NCBI GenBank assembly: GCA_944349635.1
Contig: CALVNH010000001.1
Coordinates: 212,385 to 276,384 of the forward strand
Length of the DNA stretch: 64,000 nucleotides
DNA from: an uncultured Clostridia bacterium
GTDB lineage: Bacteria > Bacillota > Clostridia > Christensenellales > CAG-917
Direction of reading: 5' to 3'
Made by a program: the position numbers and the translations under genes. The notes under the pieces were generated by a model, which was not told the origin of the DNA, searched no databases, and saw only the letters and a program-made list of their open reading frames with translations. Below are positions 20,007 to 31,831 of this stretch, piece by piece. The stretch's first letter is position 1, and each line of letters starts with the position of its first letter.

Positions 20007-22223
20007 TCAGAAGACGTTTTTGGCGCACTCCTCCGCTATCAGATTGATTAGCAGAGAATATCGCCTTGCCGTCTCGTTGTTTCTTATCATTCGCGCGACG
20101 TTCTTTCGCGACCCGACGATGACGACAATTTTTTTTGCGCGCGTTACTGCCGTGTAAAGCAGATTGCGCGTCTGCAACATAAAGTTGGCGTCCAGTGCGA
20201 CGACCACCGCATCAAACTCGCTGCCCTGTGATTTGTGTATGGTGACGGCGTATGCCGGCGAAAGCTGTTCTATGTCGGAATATTGATAAACAGCCACTTT
20301 ATCGTCATCAAAACGCACGCTCATCTGCATAATCTGCGGATTGACGCTTTCGACAATGCCGATATCTCCGTTGAAAACGCCCATTCCTTTTTCCACTCTT
20401 CCGCCGACGGTCTGCGTCCATTCCTGCTGATAATTATTCTGCATCTGCATGACTTTGTCGCCTTCGCGGAAGACGGAGTCGCCCTGCCTTATTTCACGTT
20501 TGTCGCGCGCGGGAGGATTGAGTGCGTTCTGCAACGCGCGGTTCAAAGCGAAAGTCCCCGCGCTGCCGCGTTTCATGGGACAGAGCAACTGAATGTCCTT
20601 GGGATTCATGCCGAGATAGGCTGGCAATCTCCTCGTGACAAGGTCGACGGCGGTGCGCGCCACGGATTCGGCGTCGTCCTTTTCCTCAAAGAAAAAGTCC
20701 TTGCTCTTGTTGTCGAGGTCGGGCATCTCGCCGCGGTTGATTTTGTGAGCGTTGGGGACAATCATGCTGTCTTCGGACTGACGGTAAATCTGGGTCAGTT
20801 GGCTCACGCGAAACTCTCCGCAACCGATGAGGTCGCTGAGCACGTTGCCCGCTCCGACGGAAGCAAGCTGGTCCTTGTCGCCCACCATTACCAGGCGGCA
20901 GCCCCGCGGCAACGCTTTCAGCAAGGCATTGAAAACAAATTCGTCCACCATACTGACTTCGTCCACAATCACGGCGTTGAGGGGAAGAGGTCTTGTTTCG
21001 TTGTATGCAAATCTGCCCGTGCCGTCCTTCCAGTCAAGTTCAAGCAGGCGGTGAATGGTCTTTGCCTCTTCTCCCGTGGCTTCCCCGAGGCGTTTTGCCG
21101 CTCTTCCCGTGGGAGCGCACAGCGCAACCGTGCGCCCGAGGTTGCGGAACACGTGCAAGATGCACTTGACGATTGTGGTCTTGCCCGTACCAGGTCCGCC
21201 CGTGACAATCTGCACTCCGTTTTCCACTGCGGCGCGTACGGCCTCTTTCTGATTGGGGTGCAAAGCAAAGCCCGCCTCCGACTCAAACTTTCCGACTTCG
21301 TAATCCACGTTGACTTTGAGGTCCTCCGCTTCCGAGCGCAGAGATACCAGGCGTGAAGCAATGCTCTTCTCGATGTTGAAATTCTTGCGCGTCAGCAACG
21401 CCACACACTCTCCCGTGTCGTATCTCACGAGGTCGCCGAGCATTATCATATCTTCGACGTTGTCGCGCACACGGCTTTCGGCATCTTCGTTATCCAGTCT
21501 TAACACTTCCAAAACGGAGTTGTAAAGTATGTTTTCCGGCAAATAGTTGTGGCCGCTCTTGTTGGACGCTTCGTTCAGCACATAGGTGATTGCGGCACAA
21601 ATCCGATAATCGCTGTTCTTACCTATGCCGAGTTCGCCCGCTATCCTGTCCGCCGTCTGAAAGCCGATTCCTTCCACGTCCTCCACCAGCATATAGGGAT
21701 TCTGCCTCACCTTCTGCTCCGTGGATTCGCCGTACGACCTGTAAATTTTCAACGCGGTGTTGACCGTAATTCCCAGGCTTTGCAGAAACATGACTGCGGA
21801 CTGCACTTTCTGCAATTTGAGATATTCCAGGCAGAACTCCGTCGCACGTTTGAGGGAAATCCCCTTGACTTTTGCGATTTCGACGGGGTATTTCATGGCT
21901 TCCAGAGCATTCACTCCGTGATAGTCGCACACCGCAGCCGCAGTGACCGGACCCATTCCGCGAATCAGACCGCTGCCCAGGAACTTGACTATTCCGTCCA
22001 CTCGTGACGGCGCGCTCACATACACCTTCTCCGCGGTGAACTGTCTGCCGTACATGCTGCGCGTCTTGAAATCGCCCTCGACGCGCAGATTCTGTCCTTC
22101 ACTCACGGGAGGCATTGTTCCGACAACGGTAAATATGCCGTCCTCGCAACGCAAGTCGAGCACGGTGTATCCCGTTTCCTCACTGCGGAATATAAGGTTT
22201 TTGATTTCGCCTTTTAATTCCAT
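20007..22223 (-). CDS. recD2: ATP-dependent RecD-like DNA helicase (RecD2)
   Basis: Walker A is TGGPGTGKTT. The SF1B C-terminus includes AVTIHKSQGSEF, and an N-terminal OB/HhH region is present. Confidence 0.85.
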   Translation of the reverse strand: MELKGEIKNLIFRSEETGYTVLDLRCEDGIFTVVGTMPPVSEGQNLRVEGDFKTRSMYGRQFTAEKVYVSAPSRVDGIVKFLGSGLIRGMGPVTAAAVCDYHGVNALEAMKYPVEIAKVKGISLKRATEFCLEYLKLQKVQSAVMFLQSLGITVNTALKIYRSYGESTEQKVRQNPYMLVEDVEGIGFQTADRIAGELGIGKNSDYRICAAITYVLNEASNKSGHNYLPENILYNSVLEVLRLDNEDAESRVRDNVEDMIMLGDLVRYDTGECVALLTRKNFNIEKSIASRLVSLRSEAEDLKVNVDYEVGKFESEAGFALHPNQKEAVRAAVENGVQIVTGGPGTGKTTIVKCILHVFRNLGRTVALCAPTGRAAKRLGEATGEEAKTIHRLLELDWKDGTGRFAYNETRPLPLNAVIVDEVSMVDEFVFNALLKALPRGCRLVMVGDKDQLASVGAGNVLSDLIGCGEFRVSQLTQIYRQSEDSMIVPNAHKINRGEMPDLDNKSKDFFFEEKDDAESVARTAVDLVTRRLPAYLGMNPKDIQLLCPMKRGSAGTFALNRALQNALNPPARDKREIRQGDSVFREGDKVMQMQNNYQQEWTQTVGGRVEKGMGVFNGDIGIVESVNPQIMQMSVRFDDDKVAVYQYSDIEQLSPAYAVTIHKSQGSEFDAVVVALDANFMLQTRNLLYTAVTRAKKIVVIVGSRKNVARMIRNNETARRYSLLINLIAEECAKNVF

Positions 22224-22240
22224 TCCACCGCCTTGTCGGC

Positions 22241-22272
22241 TTCCTCCCGTTAAAGGAAAAGCAAGGTTGTTT
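22241..22272 (-). terminator. Rho-independent terminator after metK
   Basis: Minus strand has stem AAGCAAGG, a 6 nt loop, stem CCTTGCTT, then TTTCCTTT. Confidence 0.6.
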
Positions 22273-22293
22273 CCTTGCTTTTTCTCCGTTTTG

Positions 22294-23475
22294 TCATTCT
22301 GCGTATCTGTTCAACGCGTCCTTGACCGCGTCCGTCATGTCGAGCTGTTCCCAGGGGAACTCTTCCCTTCCGAAATGCCCGTAATTGGAAGTGGCGCGGT
22401 AAATGGGTCTGTCGAGACCGAGTTTGTCGATTATCGCTTTGGGGCGCAGGTCGAACACTTCCGATACGATTTTCGCAAGCGTTTCGTCGTCCGCCTTTCC
22501 CGTTCCGAAACTGTTGACGTAAACGGACACGGGCTTCGCGACGCCGATTGCATACGCCACTTGCAATTCGACGCGTTTGCACGCTCCCGCCGCGACGAGG
22601 TTCTTGCAGATGTAGCGCGCCATATAGATGCCGCTTCTGTCCACTTTCGTGGGGTCCTTGCCGGACAGCGCCCCGCCGCCGTGAGGACAGAACCCGCCGT
22701 AGGTATCGACGATAATCTTTCTGCCCGTCAGCCCGCTGTCGCCCGCGGGGCCGCCCTTGACGAATCTGCCCGTGGGGTTTATGTAAATTTTTGTGTCGTC
22801 GTCCAGATACTCCTCGGGAATGGCCGCTTTGATGACCTTTTCCGTGAGTTCCTTTTCGATGGTCTCCGCGTCGACGTCTTCGGAGTGTTGCGCGGACAAC
22901 ACTATTACGTCCACTCTTTCGGGAACGCCGTCGATGTATTCCACGGTCACCTGGCTCTTGCCGTCGGGGCGCAACCAGGACAGTTCGCCCGACTTTCTGA
23001 CTTCGGTGAGTCTGCGTGTCAACGCGTGCGCAAGCATAATGGGCAGAGGCATATACTCCGCCGTTTCGTCGGTGGCATAGCCGAACATCATTCCCTGGTC
23101 ACCCGCACCCGTCCTGTCGTACTCGTCGGTTCCGATATAATCGGCGGCTTCGTCGACGCCCATAGCGATGTCGGGCGATTGCTCTCCGAGAGCCGTAAGG
23201 ACTGCGCAGGTTTTGTAATCGAAGCCGAGGGAACTGTCGTCGTAACCTATATCTTTCACGACGTTGCGCACGATTGAGGTTATGTCGCTCTTATGCGAGG
23301 AAGAAACCTCGCCGAAAACGAGAACGACGCCCGTCGTCGCGCAAACCTCGACGGCGGCTCTTGCGGAAGAATCTTCCGCAAAGATATCGTCGAGAACGGC
23401 GTCGGCTATCTGGTCGCACACCTTATCGGGGTGCCCTTCGGTAACGCTTTCCGAAGTAAAGAATTTTTTTTGCAT
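22294..23475 (-). CDS. metK: S-adenosylmethionine synthase
   Basis: [25 protein letters not shown]... The ATG at 23475 is 5 nt after the rpoC stop. Confidence 0.95.
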   Translation of the reverse strand: MQKKFFTSESVTEGHPDKVCDQIADAVLDDIFAEDSSARAAVEVCATTGVVLVFGEVSSSHKSDITSIVRNVVKDIGYDDSSLGFDYKTCAVLTALGEQSPDIAMGVDEAADYIGTDEYDRTGAGDQGMMFGYATDETAEYMPLPIMLAHALTRRLTEVRKSGELSWLRPDGKSQVTVEYIDGVPERVDVIVLSAQHSEDVDAETIEKELTEKVIKAAIPEEYLDDDTKIYINPTGRFVKGGPAGDSGLTGRKIIVDTYGGFCPHGGGALSGKDPTKVDRSGIYMARYICKNLVAAGACKRVELQVAYAIGVAKPVSVYVNSFGTGKADDETLAKIVSEVFDLRPKAIIDKLGLDRPIYRATSNYGHFGREEFPWEQLDMTDAVKDALNRYAE

Positions 23476-23480
23476 ATCAA

Positions 23481-26400
23481 TCACAGCATTTCGTTTGCCG
23501 CACCGTTGTTGTCGCCTCCTGTTTCGGCGGGAACGGTGGTGATGTTCTTATAGATTTTCATGCCCGTGCCTGCGGGGATGAGCTTACCTATAATTACGTT
23601 TTCCTTGAGACCGATGAGCGGGTCTACTTTGTTCTTGATTGCCGCTTCGGTGAGCACTCTTGCCGTCTCCTGGAAGGACGCCGCGGACAGGAAGGATTCC
23701 GTCGCGAGCGCGGCTTTAGTGATTCCGAGCAACGTGCGCTTTGCGCTGGCGGGCTTGCCGCCGTTTTCGAGAGCCTTCTCGTTCTCCTCTTCGTAGGTGA
23801 AGATGTCGACGAGGGAGCCGGGAAGCATATCCGTGTCGCCCTGGTTCTCTATTCTTACTTTACGCAACATCTGCCTGACGATGACTTCAATGTGCTTGTC
23901 GTTGATTTCGACGCCGGACAGACGGTAAGCGGACTGCACCTCTTTCGCGAGGTATTCCTGCACGCCCTTGACGCCCTTCGCACGAAGCATATCCTGCGGA
24001 TTGATGGAACCGTTGGTGAGGGGGTCGCCGGCTTCGATGACGTCGCCTTCCTCGACTTTGAGTTTGGCACCGAACGCGATTGCGTAAGTCACGCTTTCAC
24101 CGTCCGCACCCGTGACGACTATCTCGCGGTTGCCTTCGCCGATGTGCACCACACCGCCGATTTCCGTGATGACGGCTTGTCCCTTGGGCTTGCGCGCTTC
24201 GAAAAGTTCTTCGACGCGGGGCAGACCCTGTGTGATGTCGTCGCCCGTTGCGACGCCGCCCGTATGGAAGGTTCTCATCGTCAGTTGCGTGCCGGGTTCG
24301 CCGATGGACTGTGCCGCTATGATACCGACCGCTTCGCCCAGTTTGACGGGATTGCCGCTTGCCATATTCTTGCCGTAGCACTTGGCGCAGACGCCGTTTC
24401 TGGTCTTGCAGGTGAGGACGGAACGGATGAGCACCTTTTCGATGCCGGCCTGTTCGATTTCCTTTGCCTTGTCCGTGGAAATCATGGTGTCGGCGTCGAC
24501 GATGATTTCGCCCGTTTCGGGGTGCACGATGGGCTCTATGGTGAACCTGCCCGCAATACGGTCGGCAAGACTTTCGATTTCGCTCTTGCCGTCGCGGATT
24601 GCCGTGATGACCATACCCTTCGTATCGCCGCAATCCTGCTCGCGGACGATGACGGAGTGCGAAACGTCGACAAGACGTCTGGTGAGGTAACCGGAGTCCG
24701 CCGTCTTCAATGCGGTGTCGGCAAGACCTTTTCTTCCGCCGTGAGAGGAAATGAAGTATTCCAGAACGGACAGTCCTTCACGGAAGGAGGCGCGGACGGG
24801 CAATTCGATTGTACGACCGGAGGGGTCCGCCATAAGTCCGCGCATACCTGCCAGCTGTCTTATCTGACCCATGTTGCCGCGGGCGCCGGAGTTTGCCATC
24901 ATCCAGATTGGGTTGAAGTCGTCCAGACCCTTGACGAGTTCTTTCTCGACCTGGTCGGACGCGTCCTTCCAGATTTTGACGACGGTCTGATAACGCTCTT
25001 CGTCGGTGACGATACCTCTTGCGAAGTTGCGCTCGATGTTGATGACCTTCTGTTCTGCCTCGGCGATGATTTTCTTCTTGTCGCCGGGGATGTGCATATC
25101 GAAAACGCTTGCCGTGATGGCGCCTATCGTGGAGTATTTGTAACCCAGAGCCTTGATTTTGTCGAGAACGGCGGCCGTCTCCGTGGCCCCGTGATACTTG
25201 AAGCAGTTGTCGACGATGAGCGACAGCTGTTTCTTGCCGATTGCCATTGCCTTCTCGCCGAGAACCTTGAGAATGGCCTTGCGCAGTTCCGTCTTTTCGC
25301 GGACTTCGGGGCCTTCCACGTCGGCGGAAGAAGCGTTGACGGCTTCCGCAATCTTATCGATTTTGGCGTCGGACAGCGACGCGTTGCGGACGACGGAACG
25401 TACCTTGTCGCGGATTTCCGCGTTGATTTCCGCGCCGCGGAGCAACTGCGTCAGCGCGACGAACTGTTTGTTGTCGAGCACGGCGTTGATACCGAGTATT
25501 CCGTCGATTTCCAGGATGCCGAGGTTGTCGGAATCGGTTCTGTCCACAAAGTGAAGGTCCTGAGGCAAATTGAGATTGAAGATGCAACGCCCAACCGTGG
25601 TGTGCAGCATTCTCGTTGCCGTGGTGCCGTCCTCCTTCGTGTAGGGAGTACGGATATACACCAGCGACTGCAATGTGATGTCACCGTCGTTGTATGCCAT
25701 GACGGCTTCGTCAAAGGAGCTGAAAATCTTGCCTTCGCCCTTATCGCCCGGCTTGATTATGGTGAGGTAATAGGAGCCTATGACCATATCCTGCGTGGGC
25801 GACACGATAGGTCTGCCGTCGGACAGCTTGAGGATGTTGTTGGTGCACAGCATCAGAATTCTGGCTTCCACCTGTGATTCGATGGACAGAGGCACGTGTA
25901 CCGCCATCTGGTCGCCGTCGAAGTCCGCGTTGAACGCGCCGCAGGCCAGAGGGTGCAATTTGATTGCTCTGCCCTCGACCAGCACAGGTTCAAATGCCTG
26001 AATACCCAGTCTGTGCAGTGTGGGAGCACGGTTGAGCAACACGGGATGGTCCTTGATTATCTCTTCGAGAATGTCCCATACCTGGTTCTTTCCGGTGTCC
26101 ACGAAACGCTTTGCCGTCTTGATGTTATGGCACAGATTCTGCTCCACCAATTTCTTCATAATGAAGGGCTTGAAGAGCTCAAGTGCCATTTCTTTGGGCA
26201 AACCGCACTGATAAAGTTTGAGTTCGGGTCCTACGACGATAACGGAACGTCCGGAATAGTCCACGCGTTTGCCGAGCAGATTCTGACGGAAACGTCCCTG
26301 TTTGCCGCGAAGCATACCGGACAAAGATTTGAGTTCTCTGTTGCCGGGGCCGCTGACCGCCTTGCCTCTCCTGCCGTTGTCGATGAGCGCGTCGACGGCT

Positions 26401-27275
26401 TCTTGCAACATACGCTTCTCGTTGCGGACGATGATGTCGGGAGCACCGAGTTCTTTGAGCTTTTTCAGACGGTTGTTGCGGTTGATGACTCTGCGGTAGA
26501 GGTCGTTGAGGTCGGAGGTTGCGAATCTTCCGCCGTCCAGCTGAACCATGGGACGCAGTTCGGGAGGAAGCACGGGCAGCACGTCCAGAATCATCCATTC
26601 GGGACGGTTGCCGCTGATGCGGAAAGCTTCCACGATTTCAAGACGTTTGACCGCGCGGAGACGTTTCTGTCCCACGCTGTTGGCAATGACGTCCTTGAGC
26701 ATCGCGCTGTCCTTGTCGAGGTCGATTTCCATAAGGAGTTCCTTGATGGCTTCGGCACCCATACCGACGCGGAAATCCTTTGCGTCGTAGGTTTCCAGCA
26801 ACTCGCGGTATTCTTTGTCCGTGATGACCTGTTTCTTGGTGAGGTTCTGAACGATGCCGGGGTCAAGAACTATGAACGCCACGAAGTACAGCACCTGTTC
26901 GAGGTCCTTGGGAGAGATGTCCAGCAAAAGGCTGATACGGGAAGGCACGCCTCTGAAATACCAGATGTGAGAAACGGGAGTTGCAAGCTCGATGTGTCCC
27001 ATTCTCTCGCGGCGAACCTTGGATTTTGTGACTTCGACGCCGCACTTCTCGCAGATGACGCCCTTGTAGCGGATTCTCTTATAGCGTCCGCAATGGCATT
27101 CCCAGTCACGCGTGGGCCCGAATATCTTTTCGCAGAAAAGACCGTCGCGTTCGGGTTTCTGAGTGCGGTAGTTTATGGTTTCGGGTTTGGTGACTTCTCC
27201 GTAGGACCATTCTCTGATTTTCTCGGGAGAAGCAATGCCGATTTGTATAGCATCGAAATTGCTGAGTTCGTACAT
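23481..27275 (-). CDS. rpoC: DNA-directed RNA polymerase subunit beta'
   Basis: Zn-finger [20 protein letters not shown] and the NADFDGD active-site motif. Confidence 0.95.
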   Translation of the reverse strand: MYELSNFDAIQIGIASPEKIREWSYGEVTKPETINYRTQKPERDGLFCEKIFGPTRDWECHCGRYKRIRYKGVICEKCGVEVTKSKVRRERMGHIELATPVSHIWYFRGVPSRISLLLDISPKDLEQVLYFVAFIVLDPGIVQNLTKKQVITDKEYRELLETYDAKDFRVGMGAEAIKELLMEIDLDKDSAMLKDVIANSVGQKRLRAVKRLEIVEAFRISGNRPEWMILDVLPVLPPELRPMVQLDGGRFATSDLNDLYRRVINRNNRLKKLKELGAPDIIVRNEKRMLQEAVDALIDNGRRGKAVSGPGNRELKSLSGMLRGKQGRFRQNLLGKRVDYSGRSVIVVGPELKLYQCGLPKEMALELFKPFIMKKLVEQNLCHNIKTAKRFVDTGKNQVWDILEEIIKDHPVLLNRAPTLHRLGIQAFEPVLVEGRAIKLHPLACGAFNADFDGDQMAVHVPLSIESQVEARILMLCTNNILKLSDGRPIVSPTQDMVIGSYYLTIIKPGDKGEGKIFSSFDEAVMAYNDGDITLQSLVYIRTPYTKEDGTTATRMLHTTVGRCIFNLNLPQDLHFVDRTDSDNLGILEIDGILGINAVLDNKQFVALTQLLRGAEINAEIRDKVRSVVRNASLSDAKIDKIAEAVNASSADVEGPEVREKTELRKAILKVLGEKAMAIGKKQLSLIVDNCFKYHGATETAAVLDKIKALGYKYSTIGAITASVFDMHIPGDKKKIIAEAEQKVINIERNFARGIVTDEERYQTVVKIWKDASDQVEKELVKGLDDFNPIWMMANSGARGNMGQIRQLAGMRGLMADPSGRTIELPVRASFREGLSVLEYFISSHGGRKGLADTALKTADSGYLTRRLVDVSHSVIVREQDCGDTKGMVITAIRDGKSEIESLADRIAGRFTIEPIVHPETGEIIVDADTMISTDKAKEIEQAGIEKVLIRSVLTCKTRNGVCAKCYGKNMASGNPVKLGEAVGIIAAQSIGEPGTQLTMRTFHTGGVATGDDITQGLPRVEELFEARKPKGQAVITEIGGVVHIGEGNREIVVTGADGESVTYAIAFGAKLKVEEGDVIEAGDPLTNGSINPQDMLRAKGVKGVQEYLAKEVQSAYRLSGVEINDKHIEVIVRQMLRKVRIENQGDTDMLPGSLVDIFTYEEENEKALENGGKPASAKRTLLGITKAALATESFLSAASFQETARVLTEAAIKNKVDPLIGLKENVIIGKLIPAGTGMKIYKNITTVPAETGGDNNGAANEML

Positions 27276-27289
27276 AAAGACCTCCTGTC

Positions 27290-30200
27290 TTATTCCGCGT
27301 CGTTGTCCGATTTACCGGAGAACGCAGTGTCGTCGACTATGCTGTTCTTGAACATATCGGCTATTTCGTCGTGGATTTCGTCGGTGTCATCGTCGTCGGC
27401 GGGGGTGTCGGACTTGCTTCCGAAAATATCGAACATATCGTCGGAAGAAGGTGCCGCAAACGCGCCGAAGATGTCCTCGTCGTCCGCGGGAGCGGAAATC
27501 AAATCGCCCACTCCGTTATCCTCGGGAGCAAAGTTCTTGAAGATGCCGTCCGCGCCGAAGATGTCGACCTCTTTGAGCTCGTCGTCCTTCTTGACAACCG
27601 GCGTGTCGAAGTCGAGTTCCTCGTCGGAGTAATCGCGCAGTTTGACCTCTTCCCTGTCCTCGGTGAGCACCTTGACGTCGAGACCCAGGCTCTGCAATTC
27701 TTTGACCAGAACCTTGAAGGATTCCGGAATGCCGGGTTCGGAGATGTTGTTGCCCTTGACGATGGACTCATAGGTCTTGACACGGCCGACCACGTCGTCG
27801 GACTTGACCGTGAGGATTTCCTGCAACATGTTCGCCGCGCCGTAGGCTTCGAGAGCCCAGACTTCCATTTCGCCGAAACGCTGTCCGCCGAATTGCGCTT
27901 TGCCTCCGAGAGGCTGTTGCGTGACAAGGCTGTAAGGACCGGTGCTTCTGGCGTGAATCTTGTCGTCGACAAGGTGATGCAGCTTGAGCATGTACATGTA
28001 ACCGACGGTGACGGGGTTTTCGAAAGGCTCGCCCGTTCTGCCGTCGAAGAGCTGGATTTTACCGTCCACTTTGCCCTCTTTGTTGACGAGGTTGCAGTCG
28101 GCAAACAGTTGTTTGATGTCCTGTTCGTTGGCGCCGTCGAAAACGGGCGTCGCGACTTTCCAACCCAGCAGATTGGCAACCAGTCCCAGGTGAACTTCGA
28201 GAACCTGCCCGATGTTCATACGGGAAGGCACGCCCAGAGGGTTCAGAACGATTTGCAACGGAGTGCCGTCCGCGAGGAAAGGCATGTCCTCTTTGGGAAG
28301 CACGCGGGATATGACGCCCTTGTTGCCGTGACGACCCGCCATCTTGTCGCCGACGGAGATTTTTCTCTTCTGGGCAATGTAGACGCGCACGAGTTTGTTG
28401 ACGCCGGGGCTAAGTTCGTCGCGGTTCTTTCTGGTGAATATCTTGACGTCGACGACGATGCCGCCTTCGCCGTTGGGAACGCGCAGAGATGTGTCGCGGA
28501 CTTCTCTCGCCTTTTCGCCGAATATCGCACGAAGCAGTCTTTCTTCGGGAGTGAGTTCCGTCTCTCCCTTCGGAGTGACTTTACCGACGAGAATGTCGCC
28601 GCTTCTGACTTCCGCGCCGACGCGGACGATGCCGTCCTCGTCGAGGTTTTTGAGTGCCTCTTCGGAAAGGTTGGGGATGTCGCGCGTAATCTGCTCTTCG
28701 CCGAGTTTGGTATCACGCGCCTCGATTTCGTGTTCCTCGATGTGAATGGAGGTGAACACGTCGTTCTTGACGAGGTCTTCGCTGATGAGAATTGCGTCCT
28801 CGTAGTTATAGCCTTCCCAGCTCATGAAGCCGACGAGAATGTTTCTGCCGAGAGCAAGCTCGCCCTTGTCGGTCGCGGGACCGTCGGCAAGCACGGTGGC
28901 CTCGTTGACGACTTTGCCGTTCTCGTCGCGTTTTTCGGCAACCACTCTGTCGCCTCTGCTGACGATGGGGTGCTGATTTATGCAGGTGGACTGGTTGGAC
29001 CTCTCGAACTTGGACATCACGTAGGTGTCGATTTCGCCCGATTCGGTCTCGACTTCGATTTTGTCGGAGTCCACGTACTTGACGAATCCGTCGCGTTTTG
29101 CGAGTTTGAGCGCGCCGCTGTCGTAAGCTATTCTGTGCTCGACGCCCGTGGCAATCATGGGTGCTTCGGGTTTGAGAAGCGGAACCGCCTGACGCTGCAT
29201 GTTGGAGCCCATCAACGCACGGTTGGTATCGTCGTTTTCCAGGAACGGAATGAGTGCCGTCGCGATGGAGACCAGCTGCTTGGGCGAAACGTCCATATAG
29301 TCGACCTGGGTCTTGGACACTTCGCGAATGTCGCTTCTGATACGGCAGGTGACGCGGTCACGCACGAAACGGCTGTTTTCGTCGAGAGGTTCGTTCGCCT
29401 GCGCGACGACGTATTTGTCCTCTTCGTCGGCGGTCATATACACGACTTCGTCGGTGACGACGCCGTTCTCTTTGTCTATTCTGCGGTAAGGAGATTCGAT
29501 GAATCCGTACTCGTTGACGCGGGCGTAGGTGGACAACGAAGAAATCAGACCGATATTCTGACCTTCGGGCGTCTCAATCGGGCACATACGACCGTAGTGA
29601 GAGTGGTGCACGTCACGGACTTCAAAGCTTGCGCGTTCGCGGTTGAGACCGCCGGGGCCGAGTGCGGAGAGTTTCCTCTTGTGAGTGAGTTCCGCAATGG
29701 GGTTGGGCTGGTCCATGAACTGGGACAGCTGCGAGGAGCCGAAGAACTCTTTTATCGCGCTGGTGACGGGACGGATGTTGATGAGCGTCTGAGGAGTGAT
29801 TTCCGCGTTCTCCTGCGCGGACGCCATTCTCTCTTTGATGACTCTTTCCAGTCTGGAAACACCGATGCGGAACTGATTCTGAAGCAGTTCGCCCACGGGA
29901 CGGACGCGTCTGTTGCTCAGATGGTCGATGTCGTCGCAGGTGCCGAAACCGTAGCGCAGACCGAGGTTGTAGCTGACGGTCGCCACGATGTCGTCGATGG
30001 TGATGCGCTTGTAAACCAGAGTGTCAAGCGAGGCTTTGATGGCGAGTTTCAGCTCGTCGATGTCGTCGAACTCGTCGAGAAGTCTGCGCAAGGTGGGATA
30101 ATAGACCTTTTCGGTCACGCCGAGTTCGCGGGGCTTGCAGTCCACGAACGCGTCGAGGTCGACGGTGTTGTTGCCGATGACCTTGTACTTTCTGGCGTTG

Positions 30201-31213
30201 CCTTCGGCATCCTTGTACGCAAGGTAAACGACGTTGACGGCGTTGTTCTGAATCTCTTTGGCTTTTGCGGCGTCGACTTTCTCGCCCTTGACGGCAAGGA
30301 TTTCACCCGTCACGGGGCTGACGACATCCTCGGCAAGTTCCATACCCTCGATACGGGAGGCGATGGAAAGCTTCTTGTTGTACTTGTATCTGCCGACTCT
30401 CGCGAGGTCGTACTTCTTGTATTCGTAGAACGTGTTGTTGATGAGAATGTCCGCGCCCTCGATGGTGGGAACTTCGCCCGGACGCAATCTCTTGAAGAGG
30501 TCCATCTTGCCGGCTTCTTCGGATTTGCAGTTGACGTCCTTGTCACAGGTTGCCGCAATCATTTCGTCGTCGCCGAACAGCTCTTTCAGCTCATCGTCGG
30601 TGCCGTAGCCGAGTGCGCGAAGCAACGTGGTGGCGGTAATCTTTCTGGTGCGGTCGACGTGCACCCACTGGACGTCGTTCTGGTCCTGCTCGAACTCCAG
30701 CCACGCGCCTCTGTTGGGAATGACGGTGGTCTTATAGCGCGGCGTACCGTTCTTGTCGCGGGACATCTCGCTGTACACGCCGGGGCTTCTGACAAGCTGA
30801 CTGACGATAACGCGTTCCGCGCCGTTGATGACGAAGGACCCTGCTTCCGTCATGAGCGGGAAATCGCCCATGAACACTTCCTGCTGCACCACTTCGCCGG
30901 TCTCGTTGTTGGTGAGACGCGCTTTTACGCGGAGAGGCAACGCATAGGTGGTGTCACGGTCCTTGCACTCTTTGACGGAGTACTTGGGCTCGCCTTCGAG
31001 CGAGTGGGACAAAAATTCCAGTTTGAGTTTGCCGGCAAAGTCTTCGATGGGGGAATAATCTCTGAAAACCTCCATGATTCCGTCGCCGATGAAATTCGCA
31101 TAGGAATTTTTCTGCACCTCGATGAGGTACGGAATGTCCAGAACGTCCTTTATCTTGGAGAAATCCTGACGTTCGGTGGTTCCGTACATGACCTTGTGAA
31201 ATCTTTGGGACAT
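27290..31213 (-). CDS. rpoB: DNA-directed RNA polymerase subunit beta, with an acidic C-terminal extension of about 113 aa
   Basis: Conserved beta motifs throughout, for example [13 protein letters not shown]. See the finding on the tail. Confidence 0.95.
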   Translation of the reverse strand: MSQRFHKVMYGTTERQDFSKIKDVLDIPYLIEVQKNSYANFIGDGIMEVFRDYSPIEDFAGKLKLEFLSHSLEGEPKYSVKECKDRDTTYALPLRVKARLTNNETGEVVQQEVFMGDFPLMTEAGSFVINGAERVIVSQLVRSPGVYSEMSRDKNGTPRYKTTVIPNRGAWLEFEQDQNDVQWVHVDRTRKITATTLLRALGYGTDDELKELFGDDEMIAATCDKDVNCKSEEAGKMDLFKRLRPGEVPTIEGADILINNTFYEYKKYDLARVGRYKYNKKLSIASRIEGMELAEDVVSPVTGEILAVKGEKVDAAKAKEIQNNAVNVVYLAYKDAEGNARKYKVIGNNTVDLDAFVDCKPRELGVTEKVYYPTLRRLLDEFDDIDELKLAIKASLDTLVYKRITIDDIVATVSYNLGLRYGFGTCDDIDHLSNRRVRPVGELLQNQFRIGVSRLERVIKERMASAQENAEITPQTLINIRPVTSAIKEFFGSSQLSQFMDQPNPIAELTHKRKLSALGPGGLNRERASFEVRDVHHSHYGRMCPIETPEGQNIGLISSLSTYARVNEYGFIESPYRRIDKENGVVTDEVVYMTADEEDKYVVAQANEPLDENSRFVRDRVTCRIRSDIREVSKTQVDYMDVSPKQLVSIATALIPFLENDDTNRALMGSNMQRQAVPLLKPEAPMIATGVEHRIAYDSGALKLAKRDGFVKYVDSDKIEVETESGEIDTYVMSKFERSNQSTCINQHPIVSRGDRVVAEKRDENGKVVNEATVLADGPATDKGELALGRNILVGFMSWEGYNYEDAILISEDLVKNDVFTSIHIEEHEIEARDTKLGEEQITRDIPNLSEEALKNLDEDGIVRVGAEVRSGDILVGKVTPKGETELTPEERLLRAIFGEKAREVRDTSLRVPNGEGGIVVDVKIFTRKNRDELSPGVNKLVRVYIAQKRKISVGDKMAGRHGNKGVISRVLPKEDMPFLADGTPLQIVLNPLGVPSRMNIGQVLEVHLGLVANLLGWKVATPVFDGANEQDIKQLFADCNLVNKEGKVDGKIQLFDGRTGEPFENPVTVGYMYMLKLHHLVDDKIHARSTGPYSLVTQQPLGGKAQFGGQRFGEMEVWALEAYGAANMLQEILTVKSDDVVGRVKTYESIVKGNNISEPGIPESFKVLVKELQSLGLDVKVLTEDREEVKLRDYSDEELDFDTPVVKKDDELKEVDIFGADGIFKNFAPEDNGVGDLISAPADDEDIFGAFAAPSSDDMFDIFGSKSDTPADDDDTDEIHDEIADMFKNSIVDDTAFSGKSDNDAE

Positions 31214-31396
31214 GTTCTACTCCTTAAAATTTACCGATTTTGTTCCCGCAAAAAAAATCCGAAAAAATTTTACGTTCTGCGGAAAGCAGTTGTTTTTTTT
31301 GATACTTTGCGCTATACTGACACTACTAGATATAACCCCCTACCCCCAAAACACGGGTTTTTGAGGGTAGAATTAAGCATTATTGCGCATTTTCCT

Positions 31397-31425
31397 ATTG
31401 TATCAGCATATTGCAAGTCTGTCAA
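31397..31425 (-). promoter_or_regulatory. SigA-type promoter of rpoB-rpoC-metK
   Basis: Minus strand reads TTGACA, a 17 nt spacer, then TACAAT. The UTR is about 180 nt and contains a 13 bp hairpin (about 31340-31370). Confidence 0.65.
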
Positions 31426-31494
31426 GTGTGCGCCTGAATATTTTCGGCATAATTTCTTGATGCGTTTCAGATGCGGAAAATGCCTTTTTCCGCC

Positions 31495-31523
31495 TTGTAA
31501 ATTCCGCCGCGGAAATGTATAAT
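31495..31523 (+). promoter_or_regulatory. SigA-type promoter of rqcP-like/ispDF
   Basis: TTGTAA, a 17 nt spacer, then TATAAT. Confidence 0.55.
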
Positions 31524-31560
31524 TGCTCTGTCGGGAATTCCCGCAAAAAAAAGGTGAAAA

Positions 31561-31803
31561 ATGCGTATAGACAAATTTTTGAAGGTTTCAAGAGTCATAA
31601 AACGGCGCACCGTTGCCGCCGATGCCTGTTCCGGCGGTCGCATCGAAATCAACGGCAAACCCGTCAAGCCCGCAAAGGAAGTCCGGGAAGGCGATGTCGT
31701 CACCGTGTCTTTCGGCAACAGTTCTCTGACTTTCGAAGTACTCTCCACCGACGAAAAGCAAACCAAACAGACGGCCGCGGAGATGTACAGAATCATCTCG
31801 TGA
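31561..31803 (+). CDS. rqcP: S4-domain RNA-binding protein, RqcP/YabO-like
   Basis: MRIDKFLKVSRVIKRRTVAADACSGGRIEINGKPVKPAKEV closely resembles B. subtilis YabO as I recall it. Confidence 0.75.
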   Translation: MRIDKFLKVSRVIKRRTVAADACSGGRIEINGKPVKPAKEVREGDVVTVSFGNSSLTFEVLSTDEKQTKQTAAEMYRIIS

Positions 31804-31831
31804 CGTTCCGCCGCCCGACATCGGAGTATAT

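Noticed and set aside
25124-25600. A lineage-specific insertion in RpoC (roughly ...[15 protein letters not shown]...[11 protein letters not shown]...), considered as a possible inserted domain or intein.
   Set aside because: There are no intein splice motifs (no C/S...HN-C/S/T junctions) and the frame is continuous. Beta-prime lineage-specific insertions are common, and without an alignment I cannot delimit this one.
27371-31522. A 1383 aa plus-strand ORF antisense to rpoB. Similar giants lie antisense to rpoC (23892-25877, 25896-27632), fusA (10336-12342), tuf (8965-10263), prfB (15280-16503), oadA (56356-58182), ispDF (31793-32968), the M28 peptidase (45520-46863) and GPH2 (59404-60900).
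   Set aside because: Each antisense ORF is exactly in register with the sense codons; start coordinates are congruent mod 3 in every case I checked. An antisense stop can therefore arise only from a sense TTA, CTA or TCA codon. The long open frames simply show that these highly expressed genes avoid those three codons. The translations are low-complexity (R/G/V/D/H-rich) and have no RBS or motifs. This is a codon-bias artefact, not overlapping genes.
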